Shown in pieces: positions 1 through 11,605 of a stretch of DNA of 64,000 nt (position 1 is the stretch's first letter; each line of letters starts with the position of its first letter). Below the pieces are notes generated by a model. The model was not told the origin of the DNA. It did no database searches and saw only the letters and a program-made list of their open reading frames with translations. Source of the stretch: Macrostomum lignano (lineage: Eukaryota); NCBI GenBank assembly GCA_002269645.1, contig NIVC01000834.1:371649-435648 (forward strand), read 5' to 3'. A program made the translations under genes and the position numbers.

Positions 1-95
1 TTGCTTCAGTTCACCTAGCTATAAAATGGGTACCAGTACCAGCATTAGCTAGGGTAATTTAAGGTATATGTATGGCGACCCTATAAACATAAATA
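1..95 (+). mobile_element. Partial SINE body (same family as 51550-51840), truncated by the window start
   Basis: 'ttcacctagctataaaatgggtaccag...cattagctagggtaattt...ggcgaccc' matches the reverse complement of 51655-51725 ('ttcaaccagctataaaatgggtgccagcattagctggggtaattgagg...ggcgaccc'). Confidence 0.6.
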
Positions 96-1658
96 GTAAA
101 GAATCTTACCGTCTATCACCATTCCCTCTGAAGGGAGTCGAAGGTTTTCTTTTTCATAAGACATAAGCAACCAGCGCCGCCGCTAGCTCACAGAAAACAA
201 GCAAGAAAGGTTAATTGAATTTTTATTCAATAGAGGAAAGAATATTTATATTTAGCTAATAACAATCTAAAAAGAATTTTTTTTTAAACAAATTATATTA
301 AAAACCCAAACAGATTTTAAAAAAATTAATTTGTTCCACTTTTTGTTATGTTTTATAAAAAATTAAAAAATTAGGACCGTTCCACAGCTGCGGTATGCAC
401 ATCGAAAATAAAGTTCCGATCCGAGCACTGTAAAGCAAGAAATTTGACCGCATTCGAACACAGTAGATTGAGCAGACGTAGTCGCAATTTTATTTTCATA
501 GTGCTTAACGATGTTAGATGTTAGCATGTTATAGCAAAGGACTGCGTACATGTAACTTATTGCACATAAAAAGTACAAAGAACATGTACCGGTAAATGCA
601 CATGCAGTGAAATATTGCAAGTTGTATTCAAACATTATCTGCTTGCGGGGTTTATTCTTCATTATCATCATTGGGCCGGAGATATTCGCGACATGAGGGT
701 AAATTTACTATTATGTATTGCGTAATAAAATTGAAAGTAAAAATGAAGATTGTTTAACGTTCGGTGAAAGTTGGCTTGGGTGACTCTGGAGCATCACTGA
801 ATTTCATGACTAGCTTTAAATAATATTTTTAGAGTTTATTTTCATATAATATCAATTTCCACTGTACAGCTTGGAATAGAAGAAATGGCAGTCATGTATC
901 ATAAATAGAAAGAAAGCAGAATTTTACTGAAACCCGAATCGGTCGGTCAAAAACATTATATAGCTAGATAGTAGATAACCTAGAATAAAATAGAAAATTA
1001 TTTCTACGAAGCAGATTTTAATTTGGATATTTTTTAACAATAGGAAATATTTCATGCCGGACAAAACAGACAATAACAGTTCAGTTTGTAATTAAAAAAT
1101 AAATGCATTTACAATGCACTAATATAACTACAGGTAAAAAGTAAACGTTTGGTCACGCCCGTCACTCAGTGACGGACATCCTAGGCATTGGAATTTCGGC
1201 GAGTCAATAAGATTAAATTTACAAAAATTGCCAAGAAGTTGAACGCACGAATAAAATTGTCTGTATAATACACTGCATAAATAATTGCAACAATTAAATA
1301 ACTCAACAAGCGGATATCAAGTAAAGCAGAGACCATGCACTATTGATCTTTGTTCAAACGGAACATTATGCGAAGAAACGAGTAAATAATCAATTATCAC
1401 CTTTATCACGCTTATAGTAGTAACGGCTGCTGTTTAATTTATAGAAAAGGGAATTCAATTCAAGTTAAAAATAAAGTGGGCAAAAAATAGACACAGACGA
1501 AAATTGCGCAGTTCCTGGAATGCTGCAAGCAATTTAAAATTCCATGTACCAATTACGATTGATCCAAGTAGACGGGAAAGTTTGTTTCTTAGAAAATGTT
1601 TGAAGACTGAAGCTTCATTTTTTCAAAGATTCAAAGCAAAAAATGAGCAGCAAAAAGG

Positions 1659-4600
1659 TTAGCTTTTCTCGTCGCCAACCCTATTGATCAGCTCGTCGCA
1701 GATGCTGGTGAGCTCGGCATTCTCCTGCACCTTGTGATCCAATTGGGCTTGCAGATTTTGCGCCTGCAGTTCCGCTTTGCGCAGCACCGCCTGTAGCCTG
1801 GCCAGCTCCGACTCGCTGTTCCGCCGCTGCTCATCGATGTGCCGATTGGCCGCCTCGAGTTTCTCCTCGGCGTGCGCCTTCAGCGTCAAGTATTTCTGCT
1901 CGTTGCGCTTCATTCGAGCCTGGTGCTCCTGTGGAGAGGCAATTTTGGGGTCAGCAATGTGTTTATTCATAGTTTTCTGCCAATAGCTGTTTAGAGTAAA
2001 AACGGCCCTTTTAATCAGTAGGACATTTTTTCACAACTAGCAGCGATTTTACCCATTCTGCCAGCTCCACAAAAGCGCTAATACAGTACGCAGGCACGCA
2101 CTCATACGTCGCACACACCATACATGCGCAACACATGACCGGCTAGGCTAGTGAGGGGCCCAGCCAAGGTAAGTCGCAAAAATGCCACCAAAAATAGACG
2201 CAATACTAATTAGACGACGAAGCATTCAGCCTTAATAATACAATTATAGTTACTCCTGCCGTTTACCCAAAATTGCTTAGATTTCTTTTATAGGTAAGTC
2301 GCATTTTTGGTCAAAGTAAGTCGCATGGCCAGTCTAAATAATGAGTGTTGCGGCACTGACTTTTTAATCGTTAGAGGCATGCACAACTCTCCGTGCCTTT
2401 ACAGTTGGCCCTCCTGACGCGTTTTTTACCGCAAGACAACTCTGCAAGTATTTAAGTTATCTACGCAACATATCGGTATACAACTCACCTGCACAGACCG
2501 GTGCAGAGCCTGCTCATTGGCTCTCAGCGACTCAATTACTTGTTTGGATTTCTCGAATCGTTTGTGCAGATCTGAGAAGGCTTTCTCAACCGACTGCAGG
2601 TCTTCAAGAGCCTGGTCCCGGTCACGCATCAGCTCGACGACCTGGGCATCGGCATCATGTCGTTTGTCGGCCACCAGGCGGAGGCAGCGATCGAACTCGC
2701 GGAACACGAGGCGACAGCTGTCTAGCTCAGACTGCAGGCGGGCGTTCTCAGCTGTTAGACTGCGAATCCGCGACTCCTGCTTTCGCAACTGCTGCTGCTG
2801 AGATGTCGCTGATGTCGAAGATGAAGCTGGCAGCTGGGAAGGCGTTGGGGACTTCGATTTTTCGTGTCCAGTGTGGTTGGCGCTGCCGGCTGTCTGCGAT
2901 CTCTGCAACAATTTTGAGGCATATTTAAGTGAAGGGAGCAGGTCTAGGGGTTTCAGAGCAGGTCTGGAGTTTCAGAGCAGGTCTGGAGTTTCAGAGCAGG
3001 TCTGGGGGTTTCAGAGCAGGTCTGGGGGTTTCAGAGCAGGTCTGGAGTTTCAGAGCAGGTCTGGAGTTTCAGAGCAGGTCTGGGGGTTTCAGAGCAGGTC
3101 TGGGGGTTTCAGAGCAGGTCTGGGGGTTTCAGAGCAGGTCTGGGGGTTTCAGAGCAGGTCTGGGGGTTTCAGAGCAGGTCTGGGGGTTTCAGAGCAGGTC
3201 TGGGGGTTTCAGAGCAGGTCTGGGGGTTTCAGAGCAGGTCTAGGGGTTTCAGAGCAGGTCTGGGGGTTTCAGAGCAGGTCTGGGGGTTTCAGAGCAGGTC
3301 TGGGGGTTTCAGAGCAGGTCTGGGGGTTTCAGAGCAGGTCTGGGGGTTTCAGAACAGCTCTGGGGGTTTCAGAACAGGTCTGGGGGTTTCAGAGCAGGTC
3401 TGGGGGTTTCAGAGTAGGTCTGGAAACCAGTGCATCAGTCCGGGGTGTTTTTATCGGTCTGGGCATCTGTGAATCAGGTTGGGGGTCTGTGAATAAGTCT
3501 GGGGATCTGTGAATAAGTCTGGGGATTTGTGAATAAGTCTGGGGATCTGTGAATAAGTCTGGGGATCTGTGAATAAGTCTGGGCATCTGTGAATCAGTCC
3601 GTAAATCTTTGATTTAGTCTGTGAATCAGTCTGGTAAAAAAACTGAATCCTAGGGCAGGTCTCAAGAAGCGAAGCGCAGCTCACCATCGAGTCGTCTTCA
3701 GCTCCGGAGGCCAGCAACTGAAAAAGAATTGAACAGGAGCGGACAAACGCACATCTTAGTCCTCAGAGCGAATTATTTTTGTTAAAGTAAATCAATTAAG
3801 CGATCAATGAAACCACTTGGAATAACCTTCTTAAGCAACGCGAAATATTAGAAGAAATTGGTACAGAAATTCCAGGCTACGAAAGTCGCGACAGTCGCGC
3901 CGAAAAATTTTAAAAGCAGAAAAAACTCTACCGACTAAAGTAAGGCAACAAAGCCCTTCCTTTGAAAAAGCAGAAGCAAATTTAACCCTCCGGACACCAA
4001 AAAAGGCTAAAACGAGAAACAACAAAATTGCCTGTTCTAATTCTTGCTCTTCAAAGTCCGGCAATTGGCCCAATAAATTATCGATAGAATCTGACAGACA
4101 GGGAGAGCCTGACAGCCCACTGGCCGCCTGATCTTTGCGACTTGATGGCTCCTCTAGAACAGACTCTTGCTGCTGCTGCGGCGGGTCCTGTTGAACTTCT
4201 GATGGAGCTGGCTGTTTGAGTTCAATATTAGCCGTATGTATGAACCAATTAGACAGAGGAAAAGTTGTACACAAATTTATAAATGTTGTTAAAACTTTGA
4301 CAAAATTGGCAAGAGAGCCACTATAGATGATAGATAGATAGATAGATAGATGGATAGATAGATAGATAGATAGATAGATGGATAGATAGATGGATAGATA
4401 GATAGATGGATATATAGATGGATAGATAGATGGATAGATAGATAGATGGATATATAGATAGATAGATGGATATATAGATAGATAGATGACAGAATGATAG
4501 ATCCATAGATGATAGATAGATAGATAGATAGATGATAGGCAGATAGATAGGCAGATAGGCAGATAGATATGCAGATAGGCAGATAGATAGGCAGATAGGC

Positions 4601-7600
4601 AGACAGATAGGCAGATGAATAGGCAGATATGCAGATAGATAGGCAGATGAATAGGCAGATATACAGATAGATAGGCAGATAGATATGCACATAGGCAGAT
4701 GAATAGGCAGATATGCAGATAGATAGGCAGATAGATAGGCAGATAGATAGGCAGATAGGCAGACACTCACACGCTCAGTGCCGATCCCTGCTTCTTCTGC
4801 CGGCGGTTCCTCGCAGCCGCCTGGCACCTCAGCCCGTTCCTGCTCAGCCTCGCAGTCTCCCGCACTGGCCGAGGCGGCCTCTTCCAGCGCCTCAGGGTCG
4901 CAGTTGCCGTCTTCAACAGCGGGCAGGTGCTGTTTCTCCTCGCACCCGTTGACAGCCGCAGTTCCAGCCGGAGGCTCAGTCGGCAGTGGCCTATCTGCCC
5001 CTGGCTGTTGTTGCCTAGCAACGGTGCTCGAACCGCCAGCGAATTGCAGGTGCAAATCGGCGCTGGGCAGCAGCACAGATTGGCGCTCGAACTCCGAGGC
5101 AGCCTGGTTGAACTGCGGGTACGGATCGGGGCCCAGAGACAGTCAGGGCGGGGGGTCTTATAAAATGCTCAACCAGGGAAGGGGGGCGGGCAGACAGACA
5201 AACAGGCCAGTGCAAACAACAACTGGGCAATCTTCAAAGGGTTCAAAAAACTAGAATATAAAAGAACAGCCTGCGTTACCCTGGACTGCAATTTGCGTAA
5301 ATCAGCTGCAGTTGCTGCCGCTGAGGCCGCTCCAGTGCCGCTGGCGCTGTGACTCTGACAGTCTTTGGGCATGCCAGCTTTTGGCCAGAGAGACAGAGAC
5401 AGGGAGAAACAGAGCCTTGCCAGTAACTTGGAAAGAGTCAAAATTGTATTGAACGGCTGGCTCTTATACTAAGCTTAGGCTATCTATAAAACTCAATACC
5501 CCGATTGTTAATAAGCATTGAAGAGGCCAGTTATGCTAGCAGACTTCAGCTAGCTAACTAAAACATACAAATAGGATATGGCTGAAGAGAATATAAACTT
5601 TCTGCATAGGGAGAGTGTAGCTTAGAGACAGGAAACTCGCCTTAGCGACCAAGACCAAGCAACAACAGCTGCTTAGTGTGCTTGGCCACTCCTAAGCTTT
5701 TTTCCACTACCTCTCTGTCGGGGTACCTCTTTCCTGAATGGACAGTTGGGGTCGGGTTAAGCTTTTCTACTTAGCCATATTAAGCATTTTTTTCAAAGTC
5801 CAGCTCCTAACTGCAGATGTGTGAGCTTATCATGTACATGTGCAATGTCAGCTCTTCAGCTCCTAACTGCAGATGTGTGAGCTTATCATGTACATGTGCA
5901 ATGTCAGCTCTTCAGCTCCTAACTGCAGATGTGTGAGCTTATCATGTACATGTGCAATGACAGCTCTTCAGCTCCTAACTGCAGATTTGTGAGCTTATCA
6001 TGTACATGTGCAATGACAGCTCTTCAGCTCCTAACTGCAGATTTGTGAGCTTATCATGTACATGTGCAATGACAGCTCTTCAGCTCCTAACTGCAGATTT
6101 GTGAGCTTATCATGTACATGTGCAATGACAGCTCTTCAGCTCCTAACTGCAGATTTGTGAGCTTATCATGTACATGTGCAATGACAGCTCTTCAGCTCCT
6201 AACTGCAGATTTGTGAGCTTATCATGTACATGTGCAATGACAGCTCTTCAGCTCCTAACTGCAGATTTGTGAGCTTATCATGTACATGTGCAATGACAGC
6301 TCTTCAGCTCCTAACTGCAGATGTGTGAGCTTATCATGTACATGTGCAATGACAGCTTTTCAGCTTACACAAGTGGCCGAGCAAATGATATTAGACGATT
6401 TCGCTATTTCTGTTTTTTTTATTAGAGGCAGGGGGGTTGTATACACCCTGGCGCACTTTAAGCGACATAGGCACACAACCGGCGAGAGGCATTACTGCCC
6501 ATTCCGCCGACTCCCCTGAGCAGGCATACAAGCGCGCGGATACGTACGCAGGCACACACTCACACAGGAGTGTACAGCGGCCCTAACTTTATATTATTGT
6601 TAGGCATGTACACTTCACTGCGCCTTGGGGGTTGGCTCTCAAGGCCGTTAATTGCACGAGCAGAGCCAAGCCGAGATTCCAATTCAGCCCCAAATTAATG
6701 TGACTGCACTTGGAATCGAGCCCGGGTCGCTGGCACACCAGAGCAGCTGCGCTACCGCTGGGCTACGGCCCCCCTCGCTATTTCTGTTATCTGGGTCAAA
6801 ATTTTTTTAAGCAGGTTTTAAATTTGTTAATTGGTGGTGTAATTAACAATTAGGGTTGGGTGAGGTGAGAGAGTGTTAGCAAGTGCAATTAGGGGTGGGT
6901 GAGAATGAGATGAGGGTTAGCAGGTGCAATTAGGGGTGGGTGAGGTGAGAGAGAGTTAGCAGGTGCAATTAGGGGTGGGTGAGAATGAGATGAGGGTTAG
7001 CAGGTGCAATTAGGGGTGGGTGAGGTGAGAGAGAGTTAGCAGGTGCAATTAGGGGTGGGTGAGATAAGAGAGAGTTAGCAGGTGCAATTAGGGGCGGGTG
7101 AGGTGAGAGAGAGTTAGCAGGTGCAATTAGGGGTGGGTGAGGTGAGAGAGTTAGCAGCTGCAATTAGAGGTGGGTGAGGTGAGAGAGAGTTAGCAGGTGC
7201 AATTAGGGGTGGGTGAGGTAAGAGAGAGTTAGCAGGTGCAATTAGGGGCGGGTGAGGTGAGAGAGAGTTAGCAGGTGCAAATAGGGGTGGGTGAGGTGAG
7301 AGAGTTAGCAGCTGCAATTAGAGGTGGGTGAGGTGAGAGAGAGTTAGCAGCTGCAATTAGGGGTGGGTGAGATGAGGGTTAGCAGGTGCAATTTGGGGTG
7401 GGTGAGGTGAGAGAGAGTTAGCAGCTGCAATTAGGGGTGGGTGAGGTAAGAGAGAGTTAGCAGGTGCAGTTAGGGGTGGGTAAGGTGAGAGAAGTGTAGC
7501 CGATCAAGCAATAAAAGTGACACAAAAGTAGACGCAGGTGAACACGGGCAGAAACTTACACTGTCATCTTCAGCCAGCCGCGGACTCGCACTAGAACGAG

Positions 7601-7889
7601 GCGATGTTGTCAAGAGTTCAGCATCAGCGGCGGGCGACTGCTCCAAACCGCTGTCGCAGGTGGTGGAGTCGGTGGCTACAATGGAGGCCTCGACAGCGTT
7701 GGCAGCGGCTGCAGCTGCATCAGCCAATGCAATGTCCCCATCAGCGCTAGCCTGGGTGACTCGATTTGGAGGCAATCGAAATGTGGAACGGAATGAATTG
7801 CGATTAAATGATGGATTGGAGTCTACAACTGTGGCATTGGGTGCACTGTCATGCTGAAGAGTGCTGCTCGAGTCAGTTTCCTCATCCAT
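1659..7889 (-). CDS. TACC: TACC-family (transforming acidic coiled-coil) protein, multi-exon
   Basis: Phase-0 exons with GT/AG borders read by eye: 7560-7889 (ATG at 7889; further upstream exons possible), 5280-5354, 4771-5112, [4032-4211 optional], 3685-3717, 2489-2902, 1659-1928 (stop). The C-terminus 'DLQSVEKAFSDLHKRFEKSK...LKAHAEEKLEAAN...LRKAELQAQNLQAQLDHKVQENAELTSICDELINRV' is the TACC coiled-coil signature. The N-terminal part is acidic and Ser/Pro-rich. Confidence 0.85.
2945..3425. repeat. 19-bp minisatellite (GGGGTTTCAGAGCAGGTCT)n in a TACC intron
   Basis: About 25 tandem units visible directly; explains the spurious ORFs 2871-3512 and 2929-3243. Confidence 0.95.
3480..3635. repeat. 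20-bp minisatellite (GGGGATCTGTGAATAAGTCT)n
   Basis: About 7 degenerate tandem units. Confidence 0.9.
4323..4765. repeat. (GATA)n / (GGCAGATA)n microsatellite abutting the TACC donor site at 4770
   Basis: Directly visible. Confidence 0.95.
5800..6362. repeat. 56-bp minisatellite, about 10 copies
   Basis: Unit cagctcttcagctcctaactgcagatttgtgagcttatcatgtacatgtgcaatga; no unique spacers between units. Confidence 0.95.
6415..6774 (-). mobile_element. tRNA-derived SINE with A-rich tail and 14-bp TSD
   Basis: Minus-strand head GGGGCCGTAGCCCAGCGGTAGCGC (A box) ... GGGCTCGATTCC (B box). Tail ctctaataaaaaaa. TSD tcgctatttctgtt at 6401-6414 and 6775-6788. Confidence 0.85.
6855..7497. repeat. ~39-40-bp minisatellite (GTTAGCAGGTGCAATTAGGGGTGGGTGAGGTGAGAGAGA)n
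   Basis: About 16 units directly visible, ending about 60 bp from the TACC donor at 7559. Confidence 0.95.
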
Positions 7890-10800
7890 CACAGCGGATT
7901 GATGACTGGACTGTAGCTGCCCCTTGTGACTTGCAGTATTTTAGTAATATTGGTCCAGCTTAGAAATTCATAAAAAAAAAATTTATAGTATGAAAATTGC
8001 ACAGGAAACTGTCTTATGATTTTACTTTTTTGAAAATAAAAGAAATCCCTTGATAGATCAGTTTATGATTCATTTAACACAATTCTTTAGTAAGAAAAAG
8101 CTTAGATATATATTTAATTGAATAGAACATTTTTATAGTATTTTTATTATTAGGCCTAAGGTCACAAATTTTCTTTTCATTTGACAAATTTGAACCATGT
8201 AATTTCTAATTTTAAAATTCATCATTGTATCTATTGTATATTAATGAATTGAATTTATATACTCATAACTTTATCGGAAAGCATAATTAAGACTAAGAGT
8301 TAGACTAGAGGTAAAATATTAATAATATATGACTAGACCCTATTTAGACAATAGAAGGTAGAGTTTGAATTTTAACCTAACTACTATTAATCATTTTGAG
8401 ATAAACATAATTAGTGTAAGAAAACCTTTTAATAAAAAAAGTTAAGAGGTCTAATTATTACTATTGATGCAGTGTGCTTTGTTTTATAGTATAAGGCCTT
8501 CCAGTATAAATTAAATACATTCACAAAACATTTCCTAGAAAGTACTGTATTTGAATTTACGCAAAAAAGAAATAATTTTTATGTTTGTTTAAATGTTGTG
8601 AAATCAAAAAATATTCCACCAAAAAACTTTTTGTTTTAAATATACTGTACAGATAATATAAATAGGAGCCTAGAATGGGCAAGGAGAAATTAACTTGAAA
8701 CTTCCTCGTTCACTGCAAATTGCAAGAATAATAGCCAATCTAGTTCTATAAAATCTTATTTGCAAAACTTTTAAAGACTTACATATGCAAATGCTACCAT
8801 TAGATAAGTAAACACTACCAACAGAAATAGATAGATTTGTAGTCATGCTCAGTCATTTGTGCAAAAGTTAATGTGCAAAATTAATTAAATTAAGTAATAA
8901 AATGTAGGAATTAGCCCTGCAACAGCTTTGGTGGCATTGTGAGATTATTTATAAAGACAGAAGTAACCCCTATGTCACTATTGCTTAGATAAGTTAATAA
9001 AGAAATTAATACTGATTAATATTAATATTTGTATTTTTCTCAATTATTATTTTATGAACTATGTAAGTATACAATTATTGCTATCAATATATAATTTAAT
9101 TTAGGAAATCTAATAGTAATATAGTGAACAATACACAAAGTTTTAGTATATTGATAATTCATGGCTTATAATATATTCACAACCTATATTCCCAAAGATG
9201 CTATTTTTTTGAAGAAAATTCTTACATGCAACAAGGTCCTAAGTAGTTTAGTACTACATGCACAATGTGCATAAAACATTGGCAAAGTTTTTTGGTATGC
9301 TCCTTGCAACAGCATATGCTATTTTTTGGGATGCCATAGCCTACTACTGTCAGAGTCATGCATTGTGCCACATAGGCCTAGAAATTTTTGGGGTCTTTAT
9401 ACATAACATGGCTATGATATTTTTTTAAAGTAAGTATTTTCAAATGACACTAAAATATACATTTTTTATTAATAAGGTAAAAATAATTATTTTATTTAGG
9501 TCACTATAAAATGTAAGCCTTTTTAAAATTGTCATTTATGTATACTTTTTTGTTTAAAAGTTTTGAATATAGGGCCTATTTTCTAATATTGAGGACCTAG
9601 TATAGCTTTTGGCATATATATTATAACACATCCTACTAGTCCATTTGTCTATTAGCACACACACAATAAATATATTTGATCTAACTTTCCCCTGCCATGT
9701 GTAACATGCAGGGGGATATTCTTGTATGCATAATACATACTTAGGAGTTGGACTATGGTTCACAAAAAGCTAGCCAAAGCACAAAGCAGGCTTTATAGCC
9801 TAAGTTAAATAGGCCTAGAGGCTAATATAATAGAAATAACTAGGACCTAGCTGGCTATTTATAGTCTAACTTTAAACTATTAAATTATATTAAAAAGTTT
9901 AGATTTAATTGAATTTACCTAAACAATCATTACAAAAACACTTCCAAATATTCAAAACTTGACTAGGCTATTTTGTTTAGGCCTTTAGTTAAACTTTTAA
10001 AAAAAATTAAGTTATAAAAAGTGTATTTACTTAACAATTAACTGTTAATAAACTATTTTTACAGATAGGCCACATAGGTGACAGCCTGATAGGAGTAATG
10101 AAAGATAGACATTGGCATATGCTCATATGTGGAAAATTTCTAGCATAAAATGATTTGGGTTTGCCAGTTTGGCAACTAGAAGATGGCTTTTAGCAACTTT
10201 AGTTAATTTAATATTTCTACTAGCATTATATTGGCCATAACTTCCATAAGAAGGCATAAGAAGCTTTGCGGCATACATTGGCATAGAATTTTGATAAATG
10301 TTCAGGGCCAGGGCAGGCTAGGCATATCGCATATGACAATGTGATGTGATCCTATCCCACTTATTGTATTGAGTATGGCAGATGAGATAGGCCTAGCCGC
10401 CAAAAATGTAATGCAAACGACTTACGAATAGCCTACGTCTTAAAAAATATAGTCTGTGTAGTCGTACTAACTCAAAAATTCCTCAGAAATGAGTCATACT
10501 GTCGTATACTGATAAGCATAAGTCAATTACATAAAAGAAGATTAATCCAAAATAGTTAATAGCTTGAACGTTCTGAAACACGCAGAGCTAAAAAAATAGA
10601 TAAATTTTTAAATATTGCTTTCAAATACAGTAGTTTAATTAAAAAATGAAATTTACTCGTAAAAGACTTGATTATTTTATTCCAAAATATGAAGATTTTC
10701 TACTTATTTCGTTTAAACTTAGCTTTCCACGATATTAGTTTTTTAATGATATTTATTTTCATTTTACTAAACATTTTCATTCCTACTTAATACGTATCAA

Positions 10801-11605
10801 TAACTTATCAACTACGTTTCTTTCATTTTCTCTAGCCGCTTCAGTATCTTCAGCAAATATCGTACCATAATTGCATGAATATCGCTCCTAGTATTATTAA
10901 TGCAGCATGTACTTTTTTGACAGTTGTCAATTGGAACTGACCGACTTTCACGAAAACTGAAAGCAGGTTCACATTGTTGCCAGTAGCTCCGCCAGTCACA
11001 GATCAAATCAATATTTCGCCCCCCTTAGGCGGAGACGCAAAAACAATCACAGGGGGACCAAGCGAATTTTCGCCAAAAAAACAGAGCCACCCTCCCTCCC
11101 CCCTCCCGGGACTTTACCCTCCAGAATCCGCCCCCCCCCCCTCAAAAAATTTCTGGTTGCGCTACTGCCTTTGAACTGTCCCGACTGAACGCTACATTTA
11201 AATTAACCACGGCTACTTATTATTTCATAATAAAATTACGAAGACAAAAAGAATGAATAATTTCAAACAAAATTGACACGTTACATACTAGTTATGGTTG
11301 ACTTCAACGTCTGATACAATTACTTTTTATTTTTATTTTAATACATGACCGTTTCGCAATTGACGCAATCACTTCGCAATTTTTTTAAACACGACAATGA
11401 GTTCAAAATTTGTATTCAAGATACGCACTTGGGTATATTGTTTGCTATTAATTATTAAGAACAAATGTCAATGAACAAGCAAAACCAGTGACCACGACCC
11501 ATCGAAACACGAACGCAGTCAAATTAATAAAAACCCCATTTTTACAACTAAGATGTAAAAGTACACCGAAACACTGTCGACATCGAGTCACTGGAAATAA
11601 AGTCT

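Noticed and set aside
2871-4766. Long ORFs with repetitive peptides (GFQSRSG, SIYL, MSAYLP)
   Set aside because: Translations of mini- and microsatellites; only 4032-4211 looks like real coding sequence.
5800-6362. Possible CRISPR array (regular repeats)
   Set aside because: Units are head-to-tail with no unique spacers, in a eukaryotic intron, and no cas genes are present.
7950-10900. Hidden genes in the AT-rich spacer between CTR9 and TACC
   Set aside because: Only short low-complexity ORFs; no supportable exons.
10981-11167. Small MITE with CAGTAGC...GCTACTG ends
   Set aside because: TIR matches only 12/15 and there is no TSD; plausible but unsupported.
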